A DNA stretch of 63,841 nt, filler included, from Octopus bimaculoides (lineage: Eukaryota), in assembly GCF_001194135.2 (NCBI RefSeq). It is 6 parts of 6 records of this genome, joined end to end, with 100 filler letters (N's around TTAATTAATTAA, not from the genome) between each part and the next. Parts side by side here need not be neighbours in the genome. Positions count along the whole stretch, not along the records: positions 1 to 23,039 come from NC_068999.1; 5 more parts are not named here. The stretch is one strand, 5' to 3'. The translations under genes were made by a program, and so were the position numbers. Below the pieces are notes generated by a model. It was not told where the DNA came from. It saw only the letters and a program-made list of their open reading frames with translations, and ran no database searches. This document shows positions 1 to 11,473 of this stretch, piece after piece. The number at the start of each line of letters is the position of its first letter. The first letter of the stretch is position 1.

Positions 1-46
<46 letters not shown>

Positions 47-1190
47 AACACACACCCACATATATATACATACACACACACACACATAAATACATGTACA
101 TACACACCCGCATATAGAGATAGATTTTAAAGCAAGCTCGTGCATTAAGTATTACTGCAAGCAATTATTGTCGACTGCGTGGATATAATTTTAAAACGTT
201 TTCTACGATGTATCTGTCATCTTTCAGCAAGTCATATATTCTTTAGTTTTACCTATTTTTTTTCTTTGTTTTGCTTCTTTTTTTGTTACGAAGTATTTAT
301 TTATATACTTGGCACATTTAATAATAAAACAAATTCTTTTCTAAGCAATCTTAGTGAAAAAGAAAATGGAAAGCAAAGACGAAAAAAAAACAAGAAAAAA
401 AAACCTCGGTATGCTTCACAAGGTTGTACCTGGTATGTTACATTACAAAGTAAGTGAAAATATTCACTTGCCCGTCTGACAAATACATACATCAAGATAA
501 GAAAACTACATAGATATATATTCTGAAATGTCTCTGGTAAATATATGCACATCATCATCGTCATTATCACCACCGCCTCGACCGTCATCATCAACATTGT
601 CATCGTCATCATCATCATCATTACAATCATCGACGCCATAACATCATCACTGCTACCAACGCCACCACTATCATACTATCGACATCATCAACTCCATCCT
701 CATCACCATCCCCACCACCATATCGTGACCTTCATCACCTTCAACATTATTACTGCAACGGTCCTTTAGTTTTTCTAAGCCCTGTAAAAGAACTGGGAAG
801 GTTGGGCCTCCAGCCAGGCCTTTCGTGATACCCTTAAAGGCAGGAACTGATTAGCGCCCCCTCGTATCGTATACCAGAGTGAAAGGCAAAAGGGCTGCAC
901 AAAAGTACACGAAAGTACCAAATGTAGAAACGGTTTGGTTTTAGCTGCAAAAGATCAAGGCCTGGAGACAAATCAAAATCCAAAAGAGCCAAATAATAAA
1001 ACAAAAAAAGATTATCAAATGTAAATTATGAGATAAGACTCTTGATTATGTCATTTCTGGTCATCAGTTAATACAATAACACATGGCCAGTGTATCCGAG
1101 ACATCAATAATCATTCTCTACTGCAGGCACGAGGCTTGAAGTTTTGGGGGACGGTAAAGTCGGTTACATCGACCCCAGTACGCAACAATA

Positions 1191-1407
1191 CTCTTTTCTA
1201 CTCTAGGCACAAGGCCCGAAATTTTGGGGCAGCTGGGGGGCAGTCGATTAGATCGACCCCAGTACGCTACTGTTACTTAATTTATCGACCCCGAAAGGAT
1301 GAAAGGCAAAGTTGACGTCGGCAGAATTTGAACTCAGAACGTAAAGAAGGACAAAATGCCGCTGAGCATTTTGTCCGGCGTGCTTAACGACTTCGCCAGC
1401 TCGCCGC
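1191..1407 (-). mobile_element. tRNA-derived SINE, family B (near full length); tail-only fragment at about 1111-1186
   Basis: The reverse complement reads gcggcgagctggcgaagtcgttaagcacgccgg...gttctgagttcaaattctgccgacgtcaactttgcctttcatcctttcggggtcgataaatt...ctggggtcgatctaatcgact...ccttgtgcctagagtagaaaag. It has Pol III A/B-box-like motifs, and the same sequence recurs more than 10 times in the window. Confidence 0.85.
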
Positions 1408-1650
1408 TTCCGAAACGTCAACAATGGCAAAGTTATTCTTGAAAGAAGTACGTGATGAAAGTTGCTAATGAGAATATAAGGATGTAAATAAGAATGCCAA
1501 AAATAACAGGAAAATAAGAACACCGTGTTTTCGTCACTCCCCAAATATTACACGGATTTAATTGCTCTTAATAAGTACAGTATGTTGTAATCAATGATTC
1601 ACTCGTTATTCTACAATTCTCTTCCTAAAACCGCCAATGTTGTACATGTA

Positions 1651-1843
1651 TTCTTTTATTCTTTTACTTGTTTCAGTCATTTGACTGCGGCCATACTGGA
1701 GCACCGTCTTGAAGGGTTTTAGTCTAACAAATCGACCCCAGTACTTACATTTTAAAGTCTAGTAATTATTCTATCAGATTTCTTTTGCCGTACCTTAAGT
1801 TACAGAGACGTAAATACACCACCACCGGTTGTCAAGCGGTGGT

Positions 1844-1848
<5 letters not shown>
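1651..1848 (-). mobile_element. SINE family A, 3' half
   Basis: Reverse complement of the family A tail (cgcttgacaacc...gtttacgtc...ggggtcgatttg...ctccagtatggccgcagtcaaatgactgaaacaagtaaaagaataaaagaa), followed by a (CA)n/(TA)n tract. Confidence 0.85.
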
Positions 1849-1897
<49 letters not shown>

Positions 1898-1900
1898 TAT

Positions 1901-2068
1901 GGCGGCGAGTTGGTAGAATCGTTAGCACGCCGGGCGAAATGCTTAGCGGCATTTTGTCTACCGTTACGTTCTGAGTTCACATTCCGCCGAGGTCAACTTT
2001 ATCTTTCATCCTTTCGGGCTTGATTAAGTAAGTACCAGTTACGCACTGGGGTCGATGTAATCGACTTA
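1901..2068 (+). mobile_element. SINE family B (3'-truncated)
   Basis: ggcggcgagttggtagaatcgttagcacgccgggcgaaatgcttagcggc...ctggggtcgatgtaatcgact. Confidence 0.85.
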
Positions 2069-2069
2069 A

Positions 2070-2250
2070 TCTACCAAATTCACTCACAAGGCTTTGGTCA
2101 ACCCGAGGCTATAGTAGAAGACACTTACCCAAGGTTCCATGCAGCGAGACTTAACCCGGAACCATGTGGTTAGTAAGTGTCGTCTACTATGGCCTCGGGC
2201 CGACCAAAGCCTTGTGAGTGGATTTGGTAGACGGAAACTGAAAGAAACTC
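2070..2250. mobile_element. Two opposed SINE family A head fragments forming an inverted repeat
   Basis: 2070-2118 and 2183-2231 are reverse complements with 4 mismatches in 49 bp. Confidence 0.8.
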
Positions 2251-3284
2251 ATACATACATACATAATACATACACACACACGTGTATAACAACAAAAACT
2301 ATTAATATTGTATTTTACTTCATTCTATGTATTTCATTCTTCGTTGAATATTTTCTATACTATTGGAAATGCGGATTATCCAACAGTGTCTTAACTTCAT
2401 GAATGCCTTCTGCACTGATAATGGGTAACTGCACTGTCGGCTCTGCGTGATTCTGCCTAGCCAGTTAGTGGCGCACTTCACGTCGATATGCCTAGATTCT
2501 TTATGGATCCTAATACATATATGCATACATATTATACGCACACAATGTCAATACATATTCATTTCTAGTTAGGTTGCTTTTTTTTTAATGTTCCATGTTG
2601 TAAATATGTTAACACTTAGTTAAGGTTGGCATTCTACCAAGTTTAATTCGCCTACTAATCCATAGCCATTCTTTGCGATGGTAGTGAAGAGGATTTCGAA
2701 AGAGATTCAGTCGCCATGTCAACAGTTCCAGCAACGAAATAGTTTAACAGACCAACATGGATATCAATAGGTACATCTACATCTACACTATAGGCTTGGT
2801 CTGACACAAGTTAAACCATTGCTTAACAGAGACACGGGGCTAGAAATCTAAATAAGGGTGCTGGGAGGGTTAATTGAACCTAGTATATATATATATATAT
2901 ATATATATATATNNNNNNNNNNNNNNNNNNNNNNNNNNNNNNNNNNNNNNNNNNNNNNNNNNNNNNNNNNNNNNNNNNNNNNNNNNNNNNNNNNNNNNNN
3001 NNNNNNNNNNNNNNNNNNNNNNNNNNNNNNNNNNNNNNNNNNNNNNNNNNNNNNNNNNNNNNNNNNNNNNNNNNNNNNNNNNNNNNNNNNNNNNNNNNNN
3101 NNNNNNNNNNNNNNNNNNNNNNNNNNNNNNNNNNNATATATATATATATATATATATATATAATACTTTATTGACCGGCTTCGGAAAAAGAAAAAAATCT
3201 ATAAGGCAAATTTGACCTTAGCGGGGTTTGAACGCAGAACGTAGAAGACCGCAATTATATAACACCTTGGATCATATGCTAGGT

Positions 3285-3565
3285 GCAGGTATGGCTGTGT
3301 AGTTAAGACACTCGTTTTGCAGCCACGTGGTTTCAGTTTCAGTGATACTACGCGGCACCTTGGGCAAGTGTTTTCTACTATAGCTGTGGACCGATTAAAG
3401 CCGTATGAGTGGAATAGATAGACAGAAAGTTTGTCCCCTGCCATCGCCTGACCGCCGGTGTTCGTTTGTTTACGTCCGAGCAATTTAGTCGTTCGAAAAA
3501 AGAAACTGATAGAGTTAGTTCATTACTTAAATACAAGTACTGGGATCGATTTATCCGGCTAAACC
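3285..3565 (+). mobile_element. Diverged SINE family A copy lacking the central microsatellite
   Basis: atggctgtgtagttaag...ggcaccttgggcaagtgttttctactatagc...gtttgtttacgtcc...aagtactgggatcgattt. Confidence 0.7.
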
Positions 3566-4727
3566 AACTACAACATATAAAAACCAACCAATGAAGTTAT
3601 GATCAGACAAAGGAACCTTTACTTGGTCGTTGGGCGTGCTAGAAATACTAACCACATTGCCTCAAAACAGAAATAGCATTTTGAAGAAGAAACAAGAAGC
3701 TAGTCAAAAAGCGGCGGCCCTTAAAATGCAGGAAGAACCCTTTAAGTAAAGCAGGCACTTGGTGTAACCTGGATAACATTATCATAAAGGTGTTTTATTG
3801 TAAACAAGAGAAGATATTTTACACGTTTTCTCTATCAGCTGCAGAAAAACGGTAAACTGACTGTTTGTGCTGCCAGTGTTAACTACGTCTATGTCATTGT
3901 ATATCACACACACACACACACACACACAATATATATATATATATATATATATANNNNNNNNNNNNNNNNNNNNNNNNNNNNNNNNNNNNNNNNNNNNNNN
4001 NNNNNNNNNNNNNNNNNNNNNNNNNNNNNNNNNNNNNNNNNNNNNNNNNNNNNNNNNNNNNNNNNNNNNNNNNNNNNNNNNNNNNNNNNNNNNNNNNNNN
4101 NNNNNNNNNNNNNNNNNNNNNNNNNNNNNNNNNNNNNNNNNNNNNNNNNNNNNNNNNNNNNNNNNNNNNNNNNNNNNNNNNNNNNNNNNNNNNNNNNNNN
4201 NNNNNNNNNNNNNNNNNNNNNNNNNNNNNNNNNNNNNNNNNNNNNNNNNNNNNNNNNNNNNNNNNNNNNNNNNNNNNNNNNNNNNNNNNNNNNNNNNNNN
4301 NNNNNNNNNNNNNNNNNNNNNNNNNNNNNNNNNNNNNNNNNNNNNNNNNNNNNNNNNNNNNNNNNNNNNNNNNNNNNNNNNNNNNNNNNNNNNNNNNNNN
4401 NNNNNNNNNNNNNNNNNNNNNNNNNNNNNNNNNNNNNNNNNNNNNNNNNNNNNNNNNNNNNNNNNNNNNNNNNNNNNNNNNNNNNNNNNNNNNNNNNNNN
4501 NNNNNNNNNNNNNNNNNNNNNNNNNNNNNNNNNNNNNNNNNNNNNNNNNNNNNNNNNNNNNNNNNNNNNNNNNNNNNNNNNNNNNNNNNNNNNNNNNNNN
4601 NNNNNNNNNNNNNNNNNNNATATATATATATATATATATGCATATATATATGTATATATATATGTGTATGGTGTATGTCTATATATATATATATATGTAT
4701 ATATATGGATATATGGATATATATACG

Positions 4728-4774
<47 letters not shown>

Positions 4775-5329
4775 ATATATGCATGCATATATGTGTGTGT
4801 ATGTATGTATGTATATATATATATATACGTGTATGCGTGATATATATTTGTGTGTCGATGGATAGATAGGTATGTAACTGAATCTATGTACACACGTGTG
4901 TGGGGGGTGCATGCTCGCTCGTGTATATCTCCATGTAAATATATATGGATATATAACTGTGTATGTAATGTATCTGTATATATCCGTATAGGCATTACAT
5001 GAACATTTCCTGTGGATGAAAGTTTACGAGTATTTTCGTGCGAACGCGTGTGTGCATGAGCGTGAGACACACACACAGTATGTGAAAACAAAATAAGAGC
5101 TAAGTACGGGTAACAGGGAATGTTGCTCAAATGGATGTGAACTGCAGCCTCTTCATTTAGAGACAGCGTCTGCTCATCGAAAGTCAGATATAAGAAAAAT
5201 CCTAATCAAGCAGTTATTGAGGTAGAAAGGCAGATAAACAAAGACTTGAAGCGTATATTTACAAAATACAGATTAGAGAATACAGAAGAAAAAAGAAAGA
5301 GACAACAAAACAAAACATGAGGTATCGGG

Positions 5330-5870
5330 CATGCCCTGGGTCTTGAGGCGGTGTATGTGGGTGACGACGGAAATAGATTGTTTAGAAGCCCAATTTGAGG
5401 AGCTGAAATGTGCAAGGCGGTGTCGTTTGAAGCTGGTGTACCTTTAATGTAAACCCTAGCTTGGTGGGAACCTGGGATTGTAACCGTACACTTATATACG
5501 ACGTGATAGCGCAAACAATTGCCGTTCAGAGGACAAATTTAGGAAGTTGTGATATTACAGGTTCTAAAGCCGCCCGTAGACTGAGGACACCTTAAATATC
5601 CTATTGTGGTCCTTCCTGTCATAAATCTACATGCGGAAACAGAAGTGTTAGCGTCACTATGTTTAAGGTGGGAGGGTTTGCTAATTTAAGGAAATAAGTT
5701 GGGCTTATAAATGTTGCTGACAGGTGGACCTAATCCACAACAATGTCGTGGATAGTATTTATTCCGGAAGCGAGGCTTTAGCCACTAGGAGAAACCGAAA
5801 CTCGGAAGGTCGATAGTAGAATCTGCGTTACAGCTATTGTTGGATAATGTAATTGGTAGGATGCATCACA
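5330..5870 (-). pseudogene. Penelope-like element remnant (C-terminal linker plus GIY-YIG endonuclease), frameshifted
   Basis: Manual minus-strand translation gives CPLNGNCLRYHVVYKCTVTIPGSHQARVYIKG, then, in shifted frames, SFKRHRLAHF and THIHRLKTQG. This fits the Penelope GIY-YIG pattern CPL.G.CL...VVY..TVT...YIG...F..R...H. Confidence 0.7.
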
Positions 5871-6582
5871 ATCACCTGGAACCAGGTGGTTGGGAAGCAA
5901 GCTTGTTACTACACAGCCACTCCTGCGTCTATATGATGTCTAAATATTGTTTTTGAATTTTAGTTTAAAAAACGGTACAAACTTTTGTTCAAACTCAAGA
6001 TATATAAACGTGTGTATATTTATATGCGCGTCAGTCAATGTGTGTGTCCCCGTGTGCTCGAGTTCGTGTGTGTGTATGTGTGTGTGTGTGTTATGTGTGT
6101 GTGTATGAATATTTATACATATTCAGCAACACGTATTTTCATGAGAAACAAGATTTATAGCTCAACACATGATAGTGTATGTGTGTATGTATAGACATGT
6201 ATGCTGTGTGTCTGTTTGTGTATGCATTGTGCATATATGTGCTTGTTCATGAACACACACACACACACACACACGCACAAACACTTCCACATCAAAATTG
6301 CATTTATTCTTCTAAAATTCCACAAGAGATACATATATATTACCGATATTCCTTTCATACATATCCATTACAGCCACATTTCACAGAATACACCACACAC
6401 AGCACCGTGTGATAACAACATCAAGATGATGTCACCGTTATAATGTTAATGCAACCTCACTTTTATATCTGTTGTTGTATTTCTCCAACTGATGATGATG
6501 ATGATGATGATGATGATGGCGGTGGTGGTGGTGGTGATGGATCGCTGTCACTTTCTTCCTGACAATGAAGTTCTACTGGCGC

Positions 6583-7222
6583 AGTCATGGCTGTGTGGTT
6601 AAAGAGCTCGTTTTGCGACCACATGGCTCTGGGTTCAGCCCCCACTGCGCACTATCTTGGACGAGTGTCTACCACTATAACCCCGGGTCGACAAAAAAGC
6701 CTTGTAAGTTGATTTGGTACATGGAAGCTGTATGTATGCATGTATGTACGTGCGTGCGCGTGTATATGTCTGTGTTTGTCCCCCTACACCGCTTGACAAC
6801 TGCTGTTGGTTTGTTTACGTCTCCGCAATCTAGTGTTTTTTGACAACAGATCGATAAAATAACTACTAGAATTGAAAATAAGTACCGGGGTCATTCTGGC
6901 AGACTAAAAGGTGTGGCTGTGTGGTAAAAAGTTTGTTTCTTAGCCACATGGTTCCAGGTTCAGTCCCACTGCGTGGCACCTTGGACAAGTGACTTCTACT
7001 ATAGCTTCAGGCCGACCAAAGTCTTGTGAGTGGATGTGGTAGGCGGAAACTGAAAAATATATTTATGTATGTGATTTGTCCCCCAGCCCCACTCTATCAT
7101 CACTTGACAACCGATGTTGTTGTGTTTACGTCCCCAGTAATGTAGCGGTTCGCCAAAAAGACCGATAGAATAAGTACCAGGCTTACAAAGAATAAGTCTT
7201 GGGGTCGATTTGTTCGACTAAA
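6583..7222 (+). mobile_element. Tandem pair of SINE family A copies (about 6583-6908 and 6910-7222)
   Basis: Two consecutive heads (tggctgtgtggt...ggttcagtcccactgcg). Both copies end at the gactaaa motif. Confidence 0.85.
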
Positions 7223-7308
7223 CAGGTAGACAGGGACACAATAGAGGTATGTAACTAGGTAGGAGACTGTAGTAACTAGATATGGAAGAGGTAAGTTATG
7301 AAAGAGAG

Positions 7309-7581
7309 GCAGGTGGACATGTAAGAGAGACAGGTGGACAGGTAAAAGGGACAGGTGGACAGGTAAGGGAGACAGGTGGACAGGTAAGAGAGACAGGTGG
7401 ACAGGTAAAAGGGACAGGTGGACAGGTAAGGCAGACAGGTGGACAGGTAAGAGAGAAAGGTGGACAGGTAAGGGAGACAGGTGAACAGGTAAAAGGGACA
7501 GGTAGACAAGTAAGAGAGAAAGGTGGACAGGTAAGAGAGACAGGTGGACAGGTAAGTGAGACAGGTGGACAGGTAAGTGAG
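7309..7581 (+). repeat. 21-bp minisatellite (acaggtggacaggtaagagag), about 13 units
   Basis: Tandem units are directly visible. They explain the repetitive ORFs 7100-7606 and 7282-7614. Confidence 0.95.
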
Positions 7582-7999
7582 ACAGGGAGGTATGGGAGAC
7601 AGACACACAGGTAAGAGAGAGACCAAGATTATTAGATATGATAGAGATAGGTTAGTAGGAAACAAGATAGATAAGTAGACAGGTGGTTATGAGAAATAGA
7701 CAGGTATGTAAGGGAGAAGACAGGTAGGTAAGAGAGATCAGGTTGTTAGGTAAGAGAGACTAGAGTGAGTGGATACAATCTAGGTAGGTAGATATGCAGA
7801 AAGATGGGTAGGTAGGTAGGTAGGTAGGTGGGTAGGTAAAAGAGATGAGGTTGGTAGGTAAGAGACAGTAGAGTTACCAGATATGATGATATCATCAGAA
7901 ATGGTTAATCCAGACAAGAGTTTTTCTTCTTTGGTCAATAATCACAGCATGGATTGCTTAATGGTGACAAACAACACTTGGACACTTGATGACATCACC

Positions 8000-8013
8000 G
8001 TTTCCATGGTAAC
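8000..8013. promoter_or_regulatory. RFX X-box-like palindrome GTTTCCATGGTAAC
   Basis: Near-perfect RFX-type palindrome in non-repeat sequence, with TGACATCA just upstream. Function is unproven. Confidence 0.3.
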
Positions 8014-8087
8014 AGAATATCAATATTTATCTTTCTAGAATCGTGATGATATTTTCATGCATGCAGTGATGACACAGAGAGAGAAAA

Positions 8088-8124
<37 letters not shown>

Positions 8125-8502
8125 ATGTGTGTGTGTGTGTGTGATGCTCAGAAACGATGCCGTTATATCTATATGTGACTATGTATGCAAACGAACTCCC
8201 ATGCATAGATGCACACACGCAAGCCATGACCGCACTCATACAATATATGCGCGTGCATCAGTGTATATCTACACATTTGTATGTGTACATGCGTGTGTGG
8301 ATATTTGCTCAGAGATACGCATATACAAATATAAACATGTATATCAATTCATCTATCTACATATACACAGATGCAAACATACTCACACAACCACATATAA
8401 GCATACATAAGCATCTACCAATACAAACATACATAATACATACACAAACATACATTTATATATATATATATATATAATTTCTTTTTTTTTTCAATTTTGT
8501 TT

Positions 8503-8700
8503 ATTTTGTTTTATTCGTTTCAGTCATGTGACTGCGATCTTGCTGGAGCACTGGCCTTAGTCGAACAAATCGATCCCAGGACTTACTCTTTGTAAGCCTA
8601 GTACTTATTCCATTGGTGTCTTTTGCCGAGCCGCTAAGTTATAGACGTAAACACACCAACAACGGTTGTCAAGCGATGCTGGGGGATAAACACTGTCACA
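8503..8700 (-). mobile_element. SINE family A, 3' half
   Basis: tttcagtcatgtgactgcgatcttgctggagcac...cgaacaaatcgatcccaggacttactctttgtaagcctagtactt...ggttgtcaagcgatg. Confidence 0.85.
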
Positions 8701-8745
8701 CAAACATATATATATATATAGTTAGATAGATAGATATAGAGATAA

Positions 8746-8818
<73 letters not shown>

Positions 8819-8937
8819 GAGAGAGATAGAGGCAGTAAGGTTTATCACCACACTGATATGGCTGTTCCATAGGAATTTATTTCATATTACTACCATTTTT
8901 AACCTCAGGAAGAACCTCCTCCAGCAGTCTACAGTCG

Positions 8938-9046
8938 ATATATAGATGTTTTCGATCTAATTTGGATTCTTTACCATCAAATTTGATTGCAAAGAATTCA
9001 AGTTTGATGGCAAAGAATCCAAACTAGATCGAAAACATCTATATAT
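8938..9046. repeat. 109-bp near-perfect palindrome (49-bp arms, 3 mismatches, 11-nt loop)
   Basis: Arms 8938-8986 and 8998-9046 were checked base by base. Confidence 0.9.
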
Positions 9047-9076
9047 TGTAACTAGCAGTGGAGCGAACACCTACAC

Positions 9077-9135
<59 letters not shown>

Positions 9136-9259
9136 GTGCAAGCAGCATTTAAGGACACTTAATTATCTGTATTTTACTCTCTTCAAACTAATTAAAAGGT
9201 TTTATTTCTTTCAGATCCCTCAAGCCATACAAAACACTAACACAGAAAACGAAAAAAAA

Positions 9260-9530
9260 AACATGCAAGCACTGTTGTCATATGTGCAGAACACAGCGAC
9301 TTAGAAATTACCAATTCTATACAGACTGCAAAATCTTTTGTGCACAAAGCCCAGATGGAACTGAAAGCCTCTAGTAGAGATGTTTCGACTGTATCAAAAA
9401 GAAAAAAAAAACCATTTTAAACATTCAGACATCATAAGGATATTGTAGATCATCCAATGGTGCAAGCGATTCTTCATGATGATCCCAGAAAATCAATGAG
9501 GCCAATCACCAATGTATTTCAGGTGTTGAA
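9260..9530 (+). pseudogene. Tc1/mariner (maT/DD37D-like) transposase N-terminal fragment
   Basis: Pieces ICAEHSDLEITNSIQTAKSFVHKAQMELKASSRDVSTVSKRKK and VQAILHDDPRKSMRPIT resemble the paired HTH region of DD37D-type transposases. The subfamily call is from recollection. Confidence 0.6.
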
Positions 9531-9547
9531 GGGGACAATCAGAACTA

Positions 9548-9781
9548 TGTACATTATTTACATTTGACAGATATTTGTCCTCATTTGTTTGTTGTTAACA
9601 CAACATTTCGGTTGATATACCCTCCAGCCTTCATCAGGTGTCTTGGGGAAATATCGAACCTGGGTTCTCATTCCTAAGGTATTTTTCAATGTTATTATCA
9701 TTATTATAATCATTATTATTATTATCATCATTATTATTATTCAGGTCACTGCCTGAAATCGAACTCGGAATCTTGGGGTTA
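9548..9781 (-). mobile_element. tRNA-headed SINE with internal (AAT)n and a hammerhead-like 3' domain
   Basis: The minus strand reads taaccccaagattccgagttcgatttcaggcagtgacctga-(aat)n-...gacacctgatgaaggctggagggtatatcaaccgaaatgttgtgttaac. B-box GAGTTCGATT is present. Confidence 0.75.
9597..9642 (-). ncRNA. Minimal type I hammerhead ribozyme-like motif (mutated copy)
   Basis: GACAC-CUGAUGA-A-GGCUG-[gagggtatat]-CAACC-GAA-AUGU-U-GUGUU. Stem I is gacac/gtgtt, the CUGAUGA core is intact, and stem II is ggctg/caacc with one mismatch. Stem III is one transition from palindromic ACGU. Confidence 0.65.
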
Positions 9782-9826
9782 AGAGCGCAAGCTACTAACC
9801 CCAAGATTCCGAGTTCGATTCCAGGC
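9751..9826. repeat. Fold-back hairpin, 31-bp arms (30/31 match), 14-nt loop
   Basis: 9751-9781 versus 9796-9826. It is formed from the SINE head in both orientations. Confidence 0.95.
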
Positions 9827-9900
9827 TAACACATGCTAGCATGGAAAGCGAACGTTAAATGATGATGATGATGATGACGATGACGATGATGATGAGGATG
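9827..9900 (+). mobile_element. RTE-type LINE 3' terminus with (GAT)n tail
   Basis: catgctagcatggaaagcgaacgttaaatgatgatg is the reverse complement of the terminus at 14341-14395. Confidence 0.7.
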
Positions 9901-10319
9901 TCCTCAAATAACTCTCACACCCTGTTGTATATATAATTCAATAAACTCCTAACGATGCGCATTCTTGTCATCCATTCTGACACATGCCACAAAGAGAGGG
10001 CTCTCAATACAGTAATATGTAAATGCAAGCACAAATAAATATTTACCGATATTTTAGGAGAGTGAAATGCATAGAATTCATTATACAAAGAGTTGTTGTA
10101 CAATTGCAAATGAACAAGCAAGACAGAAATTAAAACAATAAATATATGGATTAGATCCGAGTATGAGATATGGCTAATCCATATATTTATATCTTAATGT
10201 CTCTATGGTTTTTGATTTGTGAGAGTGCTGCTGGTTGGATGATAGAATGTTGTATGTTTTCTATGTTCTGTGTGTTTTTATCTTGAATCAGATAGATTGG
10301 GAGATAGCTGGCGGAGGCG

Positions 10320-10494
10320 AGAAGGGGGTAGACAAATATGATGAAGATGATAGAAGATGAAATGGATTGTGAGGGGAGGGGAGGAGGGAAGAAGAGGGGG
10401 AAGAAAAGAGAAAAGGAGGCGGGAAAGAAGAAGATAAGGAAGAAAGGATGAGAGAAAAGATGGAAGGAATGAGGAAGGAAGGAAGGAAAGACGA

Positions 10495-10545
<51 letters not shown>

Positions 10546-10845
10546 TAAGAAAGAAAGAGAAACAAAAGAAAGAGGAGATGGGAAGGAAAAGAGGACTGAA
10601 AGAGAAGGATGCAGAAAGAAACAAAGAAAAAGAAGAACAAGAAGAACAAGAACAAGAAGAAGAAAAACAAGAAGAAGAACAAGAAGAAGAAAAACAAGAA
10701 CAAGAAGAAGAACAAGAACAAGAAGAAGAACAAGAACAAGAACAAGAAGGAAAAAGAGAAGAAAGTGAAAGAGAAGGAAAGAGTGAAAGACAGACTGACA
10801 GAGGGAAGAGAGAGGGAGAGACCATGAGTGAGAGAGAGAGAGAGT
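10320..10845 (+). repeat. Polypurine tract: (GAAA)n, (GAA/CAA)n and (GA)n
   Basis: Direct inspection. It explains the Glu/Lys/Phe-rich spurious ORFs. Confidence 0.95.
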
Positions 10846-11307
10846 AACGATAGCATATTTTATTTTAATGTCTCTGCTATCATGCTGATATGAGTCAGAA
10901 CATGATGTAGAAGCCAGCCAGAGTCGGGTGATATCCCAATATCATGATATCATCATCTATCCTGAATCCGTCCAATGACAACTGGAATATTCCAACAGAC
11001 TTACTTGCAATTGTCGTTCTGTTCCATGCCCACCCCTACCTCTACAGGCAACGATGGATCATCGTTCACTCACAGTGGTTTCTCATTCGGCATGTATCAT
11101 CATCCATTATCATTACTACATGTCCCGCGTACGCCCAGTCATCTTTCTTTCCATCATGTATTATTCAACGTCACTGATACTTGCACACATTCTCGACTTA
11201 CTTTCACCCGGTTCTTTCTAAGATATCCGATAATAGTCCAGGGTGGTGGTGGTGATGGAGGTCTAGCGGAGTAGCTAGAGTGTCAGGAAAAGAATAAATA
11301 AATAAAT

Positions 11308-11435
11308 AGGAGTGGCTGTGTGGTAAATAGCTTGCTTACCTACCACATCGTTCCGAGTTCAGTCTTCTGCTATAGCCTTGGGCCAACCAAAGCCTTGTAA
11401 GGGGATTTGTAGATGGAAACTGAAAGAAGCCCGTC

Positions 11436-11436
<1 letters not shown>
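11308..11436 (+). mobile_element. SINE family A head running into (TA)n and a gap
   Basis: ggagtggctgtgtggtaaatagcttgcttacc...gaaactgaaagaagcccgtcgtatata. Confidence 0.85.

Positions 11437-11473
<37 letters not shown>

Noticed and set aside
7309-7581. Possible CRISPR-like array
   Set aside because: The units are directly tandem with no unique spacers, the context is eukaryotic, and there are no cas genes.
7282-7614. Repetitive ORF (ETGGQVR)n resembling a structural protein
   Set aside because: It is a by-product of a 21-bp minisatellite open in several frames on both strands, with no exon context.
10944-11274. Overlapping 77- and 99-aa ORFs in unique sequence
   Set aside because: No recognisable domain, Kozak context or splice sites, and the size is compatible with chance.
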